In this document: positions 39,808 through 50,028 of the stretch, piece after piece
Layout: each line of letters starts with the position of its first letter
Numbering within the stretch: position 1 is the first letter of the stretch
Origin: a bacterium
GTDB lineage: Bacteria; RBG-13-61-14; DATKZS01
DNA length: 64,000 bases
Assembly: GCA_963674965.2 (NCBI GenBank)
Contig: CAXXFL010000004.1
Span: 160,001 to 224,000, forward strand
Reading direction: 5' to 3'
Program-made: the position numbers and the translations under genes
The notes under the pieces: model-generated
What the model was told of the DNA's origin: nothing
Databases searched by the model: none
What the model saw: only the letters and a program-made list of their open reading frames with translations

Positions 39808-41229
39808 CTACTTGAATATTTTTACCTTTCCCCCCGCGTAGCTTTGAGCCAGGACCCCATTGGTTCCCGACCTTAGCTGGACGGTCTCGTATCCGGCCTG
39901 GGTCGCCTTATCGTGAAGTTTCTCCACGGTTTTTACCTTGTCCGCCTCCTTCATGGCTTTCCATTCCTTGTCGTCCACCTCGACGACGGCCGCTTTCTGG
40001 AGGGCTTTGACGGCCACGATCTTTATCGGAGCGCCCGAGAGATCGATCTCGACCGTCTTGAGCTCGGAGCTTTGAAAGAGTCCGATACTCCACAGGCCCC
40101 AGACGACGGCGGCCAGGACGATTATCGAGGAAACGATTAATATCGGGAGCGAGCGTCGAGACAAGAGACCGTCCGGGCCGCTTTTTTCGGCCTTTGGAAC
40201 TGAAGTATCGAGGTCCGGTTTTTTCTTTTTCCTGGAGTCGGTTATCTCGACGCCGGGCTCAGTCCCGGCCCCGCTCGCCTGTTCTTGAACTCGCTTTTTA
40301 AGGGGTTCCATCGTTTCCCTGGTCGAGCGAAGGCGGTTCCAGGCAGATTGCAGGGCCTCGACGCCTTTCTGGCCCTCCTTCTTGGCCAGGCTGTAACGGG
40401 CAAGCAGCGTGGGCGTCAGCTTGTCCACCTTGGCGTCGATCTGCCTGACGGCCTGGGACCATTCCTGGGGCTTGTAATTTATCGACTTTCCAACCGTGAT
40501 GAGCCGGGCCGCCGCGTAGGCCATGACGAAGCCGTTAAGCTTGAGTATCCATTGCGCGATGGAATCCGCCGCGCCTCCCGGCCTAGCGTCCGAGGACTGG
40601 AGCAGGCTTGCCTCCGGGTCGCTCAGAACGAGTTTATCCACCAGCACTTTTTCAATAATATAGATTTTGGGCGATTCCTTTTGATGGACCCGGTCCAGGA
40701 TGGCCCATTCCATGTAGGCCTCGTTATTGAGAAATCCGGAAAGCGACCTGGATGGATCGGCGCAATTGGGGGCGGGCATATTAAAATTAAAGCCGCTCGC
40801 GACTTTTTCGCTTCCCGTCCGCGCCTCCGTCTCCGGGACCGATCCGATGGCCTCGGATAAGTCGTCGTCCCGCTCAGGAGGAGCGGCGCTTGGAACGGGA
40901 ACGGAGGCGGCAGGACCTTCACTGACCGCGGGACTGGAAGGCTCTCCCCGCCCCTGCGGCACCACTATTTCTATTCCGATCTCTCCCTCCCGTTCCTTCA
41001 GCTTCCGGAAAAAGGAAAGCAGGACCGAGGGCTCGATACCATACTCGCTTTTAAATGCCTCGATCAATCCCGAGGCCATCAGCCTGTCCTCCCGGTAGTA
41101 AACGGCCGCGGCCTCACGGCACATCTGGAGGACGTTGGACTCGGGAATGTCCTTGGCCACCTTCGACTGAATCAGGTAATGAGATATCCATTTGGAAAGT
41201 TTCTCAGGAGAGCACTTGTCCACGCCCAC
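39808..41229 (-). CDS. Hypothetical protein with a late TM helix
   Basis: 473 aa ORF, GGAGG RBS with GTG start (41229 or 41223); one TM near the C-terminus. Confidence 0.7.
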   Translation of the reverse strand: MGVDKCSPEKLSKWISHYLIQSKVAKDIPESNVLQMCREAAAVYYREDRLMASGLIEAFKSEYGIEPSVLLSFFRKLKEREGEIGIEIVVPQGRGEPSSPAVSEGPAASVPVPSAAPPERDDDLSEAIGSVPETEARTGSEKVASGFNFNMPAPNCADPSRSLSGFLNNEAYMEWAILDRVHQKESPKIYIIEKVLVDKLVLSDPEASLLQSSDARPGGAADSIAQWILKLNGFVMAYAAARLITVGKSINYKPQEWSQAVRQIDAKVDKLTPTLLARYSLAKKEGQKGVEALQSAWNRLRSTRETMEPLKKRVQEQASGAGTEPGVEITDSRKKKKPDLDTSVPKAEKSGPDGLLSRRSLPILIVSSIIVLAAVVWGLWSIGLFQSSELKTVEIDLSGAPIKIVAVKALQKAAVVEVDDKEWKAMKEADKVKTVEKLHDKATQAGYETVQLRSGTNGVLAQSYAGGKVKIFK

Positions 41230-41389
41230 CTCCCTAACGGTTTACTGCGGCTTATCCCGTGGAATAATCCGGCGACTAAATTATTATATGTAAAACGGCT
41301 TTAGTTTCCAGATATAGATTATATAATCGAAAGAGGCGATTCAAGCGGACGGACGTTTTAAGGATGGACGAGGGAAACGAATATCGCCT

Positions 41390-43780
41390 ATGGCGGTTAA
41401 AATGGGCATGAATATTTCCAGGTTTTTTACCATGTCAGGGTCCCGCCGAGCGATGGACAAAGCGGCTGGAGTCGGGCTTTCTCGTTTTCCATCTCGTCGG
41501 AGGCTGGGCGCGGCGGCCGTAGTCTCGGTTTGTCTGGTCCTTGGCCTCGCCGGCCGTGCCAAGGCGCTGGAAGGGTTGGCCTACGACTTTTTGCCCTCGA
41601 AAGGCCAGGTCCGGATACTGGTGATATTGGCGAGGACGCCCGACGCTCCGCCTGACTTTTCCCCGGAGGACATGAAAAGGATTTTCTTCAGCCGGGAGGA
41701 TGACGGCTATTCGTCCGTGGCCGAGTATTACTCATCGGTTTCCTACGGTCGGTTTCAGATATGCGGGGAAGTCACCGAGTGGGTCGATCTTCCACGCTCC
41801 ACCTCCGACTACTCGGGCGGACGTTTCGGCCAGAGTTACGGTTCCTGGCCTGACAACCTCGGCCGCCTGGTACACGACGCGGTCCTGGCGGGGGACGAGT
41901 CGGGCGTGGACTTTTCCCTCTACGACAACTCGGGAGACGGCCACGTGGACGGCCTCGTGGTCGTTCACTCGGGGGCCGACGCGGCCGGGGACAGGGACAG
42001 GATGAAAATATGGTCGAGGGCCGATTACCTGTCCATGTATGGCGGCGACCCGCTCGAGTTGGACGGCGTCAAGGTCGACCGCTTCAGTCTCTGCCCCGAG
42101 TACTTCCACGTTGGCGAGCGCGACACCATCTTCCCCTACGCCCACGAAATGGGACACCTGCTTGGCTTGCCCGACCTTTACGACACGGACAAAGGCTCGC
42201 TGGGGATCGGGGCCTATGGGCTGATGTCTCATCCACCGCTGGTCCACGGCCACGGGGCCTGCCTGGCCCCGACGGCCTACTCGAGGATGGCGCTCGGATG
42301 GATCGAGCCCAGGCGGATCACGGAAAACCAGCCCTTACGTCTTGGCCCCATCGCCTCGAGTCCGGAGGCCGCTGTGATCGGAACGCCCTTTCCCGGCCAG
42401 TACTTCATCCTTTCCTGCCACCAGCCGATTAAGGAGGACGCCTTTATCTTTGGGGACGGAATGCTCGTCTGGCGAGTCAACGAGAACGCCGTGTACGGCA
42501 ACCGTCTCGAGTGCAGAAAAGGCGGCTGCGAGGGCGGTCCCCTTCTTTCTCTTATCCAGGCGGACGGCAATAACGACCTGGAGATGGGCAAGGCCGTATC
42601 CGATCCCTCCGATTTCTTCCCCGGACCGGCGGGGGTCACGCAAATAGGCCCGGACACGGGAAGGCCGGACAATCCGCTGATGGGCGCCAATACTCTCGCG
42701 GTGAACGGCTATCCCACCGGGGTCAGGATCAAGGACTTGAAGGCCGACAAGGACGGGGTCGAGGTCTCTGTAATAATCGACGACGAGGGAGGTCCATGCT
42801 CGGCCGGCTCGTGCCTTCGCGTCACGAGAGCGGTCTGGGACGACGGCGCGGGCAATGGAAACGGTTGGGCCGAGCCGGACGAAAAGGTCGAGCTCCGGCT
42901 TTTTGTTTTTAACGCCGGCCCTAAAATCGAGAAAGCCGACGTAAGCGTAAGCGGCCCGCTACTGAAGTGGAAGCGCGACTCGGTCAAGATAAAAGACCTG
43001 GCGGCCGGGGGCGAAGGCGAGGTTTCATTTTCGGCCAAGGTCCCGGAGGAGGCCGCTTCCGGGCTTCCCGCCTGGCTCGATTACAAGCTGACCGTCAAGG
43101 ACTCGGGCGTCACGCGGCAGACCGCGCCCGATACCAGGACTGTGGTCGGCGTTCCGAGTCTGCTGATCGTTGACGACGCTCCCCGCGACCTCATCCCCTA
43201 CTGCCGCGGGGCGGCCGACCGTCTCAAGGTCCCCTACTCCGTCGTCGACGTCGAGCGTCACGGACTGCCCTCCCTGGACATGGCCGCGTCCTGCCCCGAG
43301 GTCCTTTGGCTGTCGGGTACCAGGGCCCTCTCGTCAACCTATCCGGACGGCGCGAGGCGAAAAATCTTCGATTCCATAATCGACCGCGGAGGAGCCCTTG
43401 CCTGGAGCGTGGCCAGGATGGACAAGACCGCGGGACCGGACGTCCTCGGCCCCTTCGCCGCGTCTCCCGAGCCCATGCCCGGAATCGGCGCGGCCAAGGG
43501 GCTGGCCCCGGGCGGAAAGACCTTAAACTTTGTCATGGGCGTCCCTTATTATCCCAGCCTTGTGCCTCATCTGGTTTTCGATCCTGGAGAGGGGATATCC
43601 TCTTTCTTGACCGATCAAAAGGGAAGGCCAACCGCGGTCCTGAAATTCCCGGACTCTGACCCGCAAAAGGGGGGAGACCCCAAGCGTCTTTCCATGCTGT
43701 TGGGGTTCCCCTTCGAGGCCCTGAATCCAAGGGACGGCGCCATGCTTCTGGAAGTCGCCATGGGCCTCCCCGGGGGATGA
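41390..43780 (+). CDS. M6-family (immune inhibitor A-like) metalloprotease; start uncertain
   Basis: HEMGHLLGLPDLYD, YGLMS, YDNSGDGHVDG; signal-like segment. Confidence 0.88.
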   Translation: MAVKMGMNISRFFTMSGSRRAMDKAAGVGLSRFPSRRRLGAAAVVSVCLVLGLAGRAKALEGLAYDFLPSKGQVRILVILARTPDAPPDFSPEDMKRIFFSREDDGYSSVAEYYSSVSYGRFQICGEVTEWVDLPRSTSDYSGGRFGQSYGSWPDNLGRLVHDAVLAGDESGVDFSLYDNSGDGHVDGLVVVHSGADAAGDRDRMKIWSRADYLSMYGGDPLELDGVKVDRFSLCPEYFHVGERDTIFPYAHEMGHLLGLPDLYDTDKGSLGIGAYGLMSHPPLVHGHGACLAPTAYSRMALGWIEPRRITENQPLRLGPIASSPEAAVIGTPFPGQYFILSCHQPIKEDAFIFGDGMLVWRVNENAVYGNRLECRKGGCEGGPLLSLIQADGNNDLEMGKAVSDPSDFFPGPAGVTQIGPDTGRPDNPLMGANTLAVNGYPTGVRIKDLKADKDGVEVSVIIDDEGGPCSAGSCLRVTRAVWDDGAGNGNGWAEPDEKVELRLFVFNAGPKIEKADVSVSGPLLKWKRDSVKIKDLAAGGEGEVSFSAKVPEEAASGLPAWLDYKLTVKDSGVTRQTAPDTRTVVGVPSLLIVDDAPRDLIPYCRGAADRLKVPYSVVDVERHGLPSLDMAASCPEVLWLSGTRALSSTYPDGARRKIFDSIIDRGGALAWSVARMDKTAGPDVLGPFAASPEPMPGIGAAKGLAPGGKTLNFVMGVPYYPSLVPHLVFDPGEGISSFLTDQKGRPTAVLKFPDSDPQKGGDPKRLSMLLGFPFEALNPRDGAMLLEVAMGLPGG

Positions 43781-43787
43781 AGGCGGC

Positions 43788-45653
43788 CTACTCGAGTCTC
43801 GGATAAAGGTCGGGCGCGAGAAGATTGGCGCGGCGGAGATGGTCGAGACCCCGCCGTCGGCGGTCGCTATCCGGGCGGCTTGAGGCGAGAATCAGACGGC
43901 CCAGCCTGAAGTGGGCCTGGGCGTAGTCCGGGGCCTGCTCGAGGCAGCGCTCGTAGGCCGCCTCGGCCTCCTCCGCCCGGCCCTGGCCCTCCAGGGACAT
44001 GCCCAGCAGATAATAAGCCTCGGGATGGAAGTCCTTGATCTCGAGCGCCCGGCGAATCTCGACCTCGGCCTGCTTCCACTCCTCGCGCTCGGCGAAGGCC
44101 AGGCCCAGGTTGTAGCGCATGGCCGAGCGGAGGGGACGGTCGTTCCAGGCCGGCCAGTCGGCGTTTATGGGAACGGCCGAGGCCAGGGCCGCCAGGGCCA
44201 GCGCCGCCGGCGCCGCCGCGGCTTGAAGCTTTCGAGAGCGTCGATACCGGGCGGCCCCGGATAGAATCTCCGAAACGGCCGAGGCCGCCAACAGGAAAAA
44301 GAGCGGATATAGGGGGACCCTGTATCTCTCCGTCACGAAGAACATGATGACGGTGGCCGACCAGGACGCGAAAAACAACAGCGGCCAAAGCCACCGCCTG
44401 GGGTCCCGGAGCGCCACGATAAGGCCGGCCAGGGATAGGGGCGCTATCATTCCGAAATGCACCGCCGAAAGAACTCGGAGGGGGAAAAAGGACCCCTTGT
44501 GCGACTCGAGGTCACGGTTGTTGCTCACCTCTCTTCTTTGAAAAAGATAGAGGGTCTTTTTCAGGAAATTCACCGCCGCGTCGGTCGGGTGTTCCCTCAT
44601 CCAGTCCCAGGCCAGGCCGTACCAGTAGCTCGAGGTCTCCGAGCCTCTCACCCTTTTCTTAAGCGCCTCCTGGGCCAGGTAGGTCGAGGTGAGCCACACG
44701 TCCTCCTTGAGGAAGGGGTGGTCGCGCCGGTCCCGGATGAAATCGGCCGGCACCTCCCGGCCGGGCATGGGAATGACCACGGTGCGGCCGTCAACCCCCT
44801 CGTGGTTGCCCAGCCAGAAGTTTATCCCTCCCTGCGACGCTATCAGGACCGGGTCCTTCGCCACCGCCCAGTTCCTGATCGCGACCGGAAGAACCAAAGA
44901 GGCCACGCCGAAACAGAAAAAGGCCGAGCACCACAGAGACCCCTTAAGCGAGAGCCTATTCTCTTCCGCTTGTTCCCGTTTTTCCTTTTCCCTCCCATGA
45001 TAGAGCGCCCTTGCCATCAGGACGGGAGGGACCAGGACGGCGAAGGCCAGGGCGTTGGGCCGGGCAATGGCCATTAGACCGACCGCCGCGCCCGCCGACG
45101 TCCAAAATAATGAACGTTTAAGGGCGTTACCCTTTTCCGCGTCGGCTCGGAGAACGAGCAAAATAGAGGAAAGGCCGAGAAAGGAGGCCAGGCTGGTTAT
45201 GAGAAGCTCGCCGTCGAAATACACCGCGCCCCAGTAAAGCGCGGCCATGATCCCGGCGGCGGCCGCCGCCTTGCGGGGGACGAGAAGGAGTCCCAGCCTG
45301 ACGGTCATGGCCGCCGAGGCCCCACCCAGAAGGGCCTGAAAAATCCTTATGGGCCATAAGGACTCACCGAAAAGACGGACCAGGCCCGCCAGAGTCCATA
45401 TATAGAGGGGCGCCCGAAAATACGAGTAAGCCCCGCCCGCGTCCCCGGCGGCGAGCCGCAGCGCCAGGTCCCAATGGTTGCCCGGGTCCATTATCATCAC
45501 GTCCCAATATGGGGAGCGGGAGTAGGAATACAGATAGAGGAGGCGGACGAAAAAAGCCAGAAAGCCCGCCAGGGCCATGAGCCCGTAATCGGACTTTTCC
45601 AAGCCCCGCCAGGAGGGAGAGGGGAACCTCGCGCCGGCCAAGTCTTCGGTCAT
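43788..45653 (-). CDS. ArnT/PMT-like (GT39) membrane glycosyltransferase with TPR tail
   Basis: RAPLY, RPN, SQGGINFWLGN, FFVTERYRVP; C-terminal TPRs. Confidence 0.82.
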   Translation of the reverse strand: MTEDLAGARFPSPSWRGLEKSDYGLMALAGFLAFFVRLLYLYSYSRSPYWDVMIMDPGNHWDLALRLAAGDAGGAYSYFRAPLYIWTLAGLVRLFGESLWPIRIFQALLGGASAAMTVRLGLLLVPRKAAAAAGIMAALYWGAVYFDGELLITSLASFLGLSSILLVLRADAEKGNALKRSLFWTSAGAAVGLMAIARPNALAFAVLVPPVLMARALYHGREKEKREQAEENRLSLKGSLWCSAFFCFGVASLVLPVAIRNWAVAKDPVLIASQGGINFWLGNHEGVDGRTVVIPMPGREVPADFIRDRRDHPFLKEDVWLTSTYLAQEALKKRVRGSETSSYWYGLAWDWMREHPTDAAVNFLKKTLYLFQRREVSNNRDLESHKGSFFPLRVLSAVHFGMIAPLSLAGLIVALRDPRRWLWPLLFFASWSATVIMFFVTERYRVPLYPLFFLLAASAVSEILSGAARYRRSRKLQAAAAPAALALAALASAVPINADWPAWNDRPLRSAMRYNLGLAFAEREEWKQAEVEIRRALEIKDFHPEAYYLLGMSLEGQGRAEEAEAAYERCLEQAPDYAQAHFRLGRLILASSRPDSDRRRRGLDHLRRANLLAPDLYPRLE

Positions 45654-45771
45654 CAGCCGTGCATTATAGTATCTAACGTTTTTTTGGCCAAGACCGTGTA
45701 ATATTGGCCCGATACATTGTACAATAAGCTTGGACTCTCCTGGGGGAATCAGGGCGAGAAGAGAGGCGAAA

Positions 45772-46749
45772 ATGGACAATCCTAATATACAAGGCATCCT
45801 GGGCGTGGTTCCCACTCCCCTTAACAACGAGGGCGAGGTGGACGAGGCGGGACTCGAGGCCCTTCTCGAGCACTGCGCCTCCAGCGGCCTTCACGGCGCC
45901 GTGGTGCTGGGATCGACGGGCGAGTTTCCCTATTTCGGGATCGAGGAGAAAAAGCGGATAATCTCCCGCGCCGGCCGTTTGGCCTCCGGCCTTCCCATTG
46001 TGGCGGGAGTGAGCGCCTTCAGCACGCGCGAGAGCGAGGAGTTGGCCATGTTCGCCCGCGAGGCCGGCTGCGCGGCGGTGCTCGCCGGCGTTCCCGTCTA
46101 TTACCAGCTAAGCCCGTCGGAGGTTAAGTATCACCTGGACCGCCTTCACCGGAGCTGTGGTCTCCCGGTTATTTTTTATCATTATCCCGAGACCATGGGC
46201 CTATCTCTTTCTCTTGACGATCTCCAGGAGATAGCGGAGATCGAGGGCGTTCAAGGGGCCAAGATCACGGTGCTTAACCGGGCTTATCTGAAGAACGCCA
46301 TCAAGTACACTCGGGCCGACCTTTGGGACGTCTTCACCGGGACCAGCTTTATGCTTTCCTACGCCATGGACAAGGGAGGGGCCGGGGTGATCTGCCCACT
46401 TCCCCTGATCGCGCCGGAGGAATGCCTCCAGATATACGACCTCTCGCAAAAGGGCAAGCTGGCCGAGGCCGAAAAGATTCAGGAAAGACTTTACGGGAGT
46501 CTTCCCATTTTTTCCGGGCTTGATTTGCCCGAGGCGGTGGCCGTGCCTTATTTCAAGGCCATGCTCAGGAAGCCTTATACCGGCCCGGGCGAGCGCCGTC
46601 CCTCCATGGTGGCCCTGGTCAAGGAGGCCTTGAGGCTGCGGGGCCATCCCATCACCTCGGTGGTCAGGCGTCCCTGTTCGCCGCTGTCGCCCGAGCAGGC
46701 CGACCTGGTGGCCAAGACGATGAAGGAAATGGGATGGCTCCCGAGTTAG
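45772..46749 (+). CDS. DapA/N-acetylneuraminate lyase family protein (paralog)
   Basis: GSTGEF, FYHYP, candidate Schiff-base Lys in GAKIT. Confidence 0.85.
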   Translation: MDNPNIQGILGVVPTPLNNEGEVDEAGLEALLEHCASSGLHGAVVLGSTGEFPYFGIEEKKRIISRAGRLASGLPIVAGVSAFSTRESEELAMFAREAGCAAVLAGVPVYYQLSPSEVKYHLDRLHRSCGLPVIFYHYPETMGLSLSLDDLQEIAEIEGVQGAKITVLNRAYLKNAIKYTRADLWDVFTGTSFMLSYAMDKGGAGVICPLPLIAPEECLQIYDLSQKGKLAEAEKIQERLYGSLPIFSGLDLPEAVAVPYFKAMLRKPYTGPGERRPSMVALVKEALRLRGHPITSVVRRPCSPLSPEQADLVAKTMKEMGWLPS

Positions 46750-47012
46750 GGTCCCAGCTCTGGTATCTTGCCTTGTCCCACGAGAGGATCGTCGAGCTTA
46801 TCTGGCTTCTCGAGGGATACGAGGGCATGGCCGTTCCCCGCGTGCTCGGCAAGGACCCCGGCGTGGTCGAGTTGCTGGTGGCCCCCGACTTGGCCGGGGA
46901 CCTCGAGGTGGTCATACAAAAAATCAACAAAGATCATTTCCCCGTCCAAAGGATACCAAAGCCGGAGGGAGTGAAAAGCATCATTGACGAGGACTGGCTT
47001 GACGCTCCCTGA
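46734..47012 (+). CDS. DUF4911-like small protein
   Basis: WLLEGYEGMA..R..D...GVVEL. Confidence 0.65.
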   Translation: MAPELGSQLWYLALSHERIVELIWLLEGYEGMAVPRVLGKDPGVVELLVAPDLAGDLEVVIQKINKDHFPVQRIPKPEGVKSIIDEDWLDAP

Positions 47013-47114
47013 AAGAAAAACGAGTCGATTTTGCGGCGGGCGAGTTTAAGGATAATCTGAAAGCGCCGCCATATGGAGCGGTTAGCCCGAAACTTCCCCT
47101 GGAGATATCGAAGA

Positions 47115-48518
47115 ATGTCACGGATAAATTTACTCGAACAAGTTAACCTCGAGGCGGTCCTGGCCAAGGCCATGTCCCGGGGCGGCGAATACGCGGACAT
47201 ATTCGCCGAGGAAAAAACCACCACCCTGATCGAGATCGAGGCCGAGAGGGTCGAGAGACTGGTGCAGGGATCAAGGAGCGGAGCGGGGGTCAGGACCATT
47301 CACGACCACCGCGTGGCTTACAGCTATACCGACTCCGTCGAGAAGTCGTCCCTTCTCGACTGCGCCTTTGTGGCCTCGAGGGCGGTCAAGGGGGGAAAAA
47401 GCGTCAACTCGCCCGCCAAGGCCGGGGCATGGAGGAACGAGAGGATGAAGGTACTCGAGCCTCCCTCTTTGGTTTCCATTCCCGACAAGCTCGAAATTTT
47501 ATGGAAAGCGGAGAAGGCGGCGCGAAAGGCGGATAAAAGGATCGTTCAGGTTCGCGTGCTTTTTTCCGACCAGACGAGAAGCATCGCCGTGGCCGACTCG
47601 GGGGGGGGAAGAACGGCCGACTCCTCCACTTATATCGTGTTCTACGTAATAGCCGTGGCGGGAGACGAGTCGGGCATCCAGGTGGCCCACGAGGCCCTGG
47701 GCGGGAACTCGGGCATGGAGATATTCAAGGAGCGCGGCCCCGAGGAACTGGCGGTCCGGGCCGCTCTCCGGGCGGCGGCCGCCCTCGAGGCCAGGCCCGC
47801 TCCCGCGGGGGCCATGCCGGTGGTGCTTTCGTCCGAGGCCGGGGGGACCATGGTACATGAGGCCGTCGGGCATGGCCTCGAGGCCGACCTGGCCGAGCAG
47901 GGGCTGAGCGTGTACCAGGATATGATCGGCCAGAGGGTCGGCTCGGACCTCGTCACCGTGGTGGACGACGCGACCCTGCCGGGCAAGCGCGGGTCATTCA
48001 ACTTCGACGACGAGGGGACCCCCGCGCAAAGGACCGTTCTGGTCGAGAAAGGCATTTTGAAAACCTTCATGTACGACTACAGGATGGCCGCGAAGACCGG
48101 GAGCCAAAGCACGGGTAACGGAAGACGCGAGTCCTATATGTACCCGCCCATCGCTCGCATGACCAACACCATCATCGAGCCGGGCCAGTCGGACCCGGCC
48201 TCCATTTTAAAGTCGGTGGACAAGGGCCTCCTGGTCCTGCGCATGGGAGGAGGAGAGGTCAACACCGTTAACGGGGACTTCGTCTTCGAGGTCGAGGAAG
48301 GCTACATGATCGAGGCCGGCGAGAAAGGCGAGCCCGTAAGGGGGGCCACCCTTACCGGCAACGGTCCCCGGGTCCTGATGGACATCGACATGGTGGGAAG
48401 CGACCTCGGGTTCGGAATCGGCACCTGCGGCAAGGATGGGCAGGGGGCCCCCGTGTCCGACGCCCAGCCCACCCTCCGGATACCCGAGATCATCGTGGGG
48501 GGAAGGCTCGAGGAGTAG
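47115..48518 (+). CDS. tldD: TldD family metalloprotease
   Basis: HEAVGHGLEAD, DDEG, RMTNT, CGKDGQ..PV. Confidence 0.93.
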   Translation: MSRINLLEQVNLEAVLAKAMSRGGEYADIFAEEKTTTLIEIEAERVERLVQGSRSGAGVRTIHDHRVAYSYTDSVEKSSLLDCAFVASRAVKGGKSVNSPAKAGAWRNERMKVLEPPSLVSIPDKLEILWKAEKAARKADKRIVQVRVLFSDQTRSIAVADSGGGRTADSSTYIVFYVIAVAGDESGIQVAHEALGGNSGMEIFKERGPEELAVRAALRAAAALEARPAPAGAMPVVLSSEAGGTMVHEAVGHGLEADLAEQGLSVYQDMIGQRVGSDLVTVVDDATLPGKRGSFNFDDEGTPAQRTVLVEKGILKTFMYDYRMAAKTGSQSTGNGRRESYMYPPIARMTNTIIEPGQSDPASILKSVDKGLLVLRMGGGEVNTVNGDFVFEVEEGYMIEAGEKGEPVRGATLTGNGPRVLMDIDMVGSDLGFGIGTCGKDGQGAPVSDAQPTLRIPEIIVGGRLEE

Positions 48519-48566
48519 GACGTCTTTGCCGCCCAAGGACCGTCATGATAACCTGATATAATCATT

Positions 48567-49997
48567 ATGAATCAAGAAAATCGAAAGAATGGCCCGTCTC
48601 CCGCGGCGAGCCTGGTGGCGTTTTTTTCCTCGACCAAGCTGACCCTGGTCCTTTTGGCTTTGATAGCGTTCCTGTCCTTTTTCGGGACCACGGGCAGGGA
48701 ATTTAACCTTATCGGTTTCCATCTGGACTTCAGGGGAGACACCCTTTACCGCTCGATACCTTTTCAACTGCTGCTGGGGCTTCTTTTCACCAACCTTCTG
48801 GTCTGCACGATCGACAAGCTGCCGGGCGCGTGGAAGCGGTTTAAAATGGACTCTGGTCCCGAGCCGCCCGCTCCCCCGGCCTCGGCCGACCAAGTGGTGA
48901 CCTTTCTAAAAGCGGACATTGACGACGCCCTTTCCAAGGCCGAGAAATATTTTTTCGGCCAAGGCGCGAAGCCGATAAGGGCGGAGCGCGAGCTGTTCAG
49001 GAAGGTGGGCCCAGGCAAAGACAAGGGCAATGATGGCGAAAAAGAAAAGGCCGCGCCGGAGAAGGTCCGGGCCCGCGTTTCCTTTTTGTCCCGGGGCGGG
49101 ATCAGCGTTCTGGGTCCGCAAATAACTCACGTGGGGATACTGATACTTATCGTCGGCGGCATCATCGGGGGACGGGGACATTTCGAGGCGGAGATGAAGC
49201 TTCGTCCGGGCGAGCAAAAGAGCGAGGCGGGCGTGGCCGAGGCCGATTCCATGCGCCCCGTCGACCTGGGCTTCACCGTGCGTTGCAACGACTTTCAGGT
49301 GACTTATTACGACGACTCCCCCATGGCCAGCGACTATCTTTGCGACCTTTCCATACTGGCGGACGGGCGCGAGGTAAAGAGGCACGTGATCGAGGTGAAC
49401 CGTCCACTCCACTATAAGGGGTACGGGTTCTACCAGGCCAAATACGATTATGAGCCCACCATACGGTACCTGGCCAGGTCCCTGCAGACGGGTGACACCC
49501 TGAGCGTTGTGGCTCCGCTGGGAGAACCGGTCGAGCTTCCCGGCGGCACCTACATGGCCATCGACTTCGAGGAGAAGACCGTGGGCATGGGCCGCGACCT
49601 TGGCCCCAGCCTCACTCTGGGATGGATGAAGGACGGCCAGATGAAGGGCACGGCCAGGCTTTTCCAGAACTTCCCCGACCGGGACCAGGCCAAGGTGGAA
49701 GGCTACCAGATATCCTTCGTGGCCATGCCGGGGCAGTACGCCACCATTCTTCAAATTATCAAGGACCCGGGCATTCCACTGGTCTGGACCGGGTGTTCCC
49801 TTTTGGTGCTGGGGGTGATGGTCTCGTTTTTCATCCGCCACCAGCGCGTCTGGATCGTCGCGTCGAAAAGGGGAGACGGAGTAATCGTCGAGATAGCGGG
49901 CCGAGCGAAAAAGGGCCAGGCCCTTTTCGCGAAGAGGCTGGCGGAGTTGGCCGACGAGCTGGTCAAAGAGAACGCGAAGGCGGCCCCTCCCGAATAG
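48567..49997 (+). CDS. resB: Cytochrome c biogenesis protein ResB/CcsB-like
   Basis: FFSSTKL, NLLVCT, THVGILI, EVNRPLHY.GY.FYQ, KDPGIPLVW.G. Confidence 0.85.
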   Translation: MNQENRKNGPSPAASLVAFFSSTKLTLVLLALIAFLSFFGTTGREFNLIGFHLDFRGDTLYRSIPFQLLLGLLFTNLLVCTIDKLPGAWKRFKMDSGPEPPAPPASADQVVTFLKADIDDALSKAEKYFFGQGAKPIRAERELFRKVGPGKDKGNDGEKEKAAPEKVRARVSFLSRGGISVLGPQITHVGILILIVGGIIGGRGHFEAEMKLRPGEQKSEAGVAEADSMRPVDLGFTVRCNDFQVTYYDDSPMASDYLCDLSILADGREVKRHVIEVNRPLHYKGYGFYQAKYDYEPTIRYLARSLQTGDTLSVVAPLGEPVELPGGTYMAIDFEEKTVGMGRDLGPSLTLGWMKDGQMKGTARLFQNFPDRDQAKVEGYQISFVAMPGQYATILQIIKDPGIPLVWTGCSLLVLGVMVSFFIRHQRVWIVASKRGDGVIVEIAGRAKKGQALFAKRLAELADELVKENAKAAPPE

Positions 49998-50028
49998 CCG
50001 GTAAAAGACGAGTATTTCAAGGTGAGCC

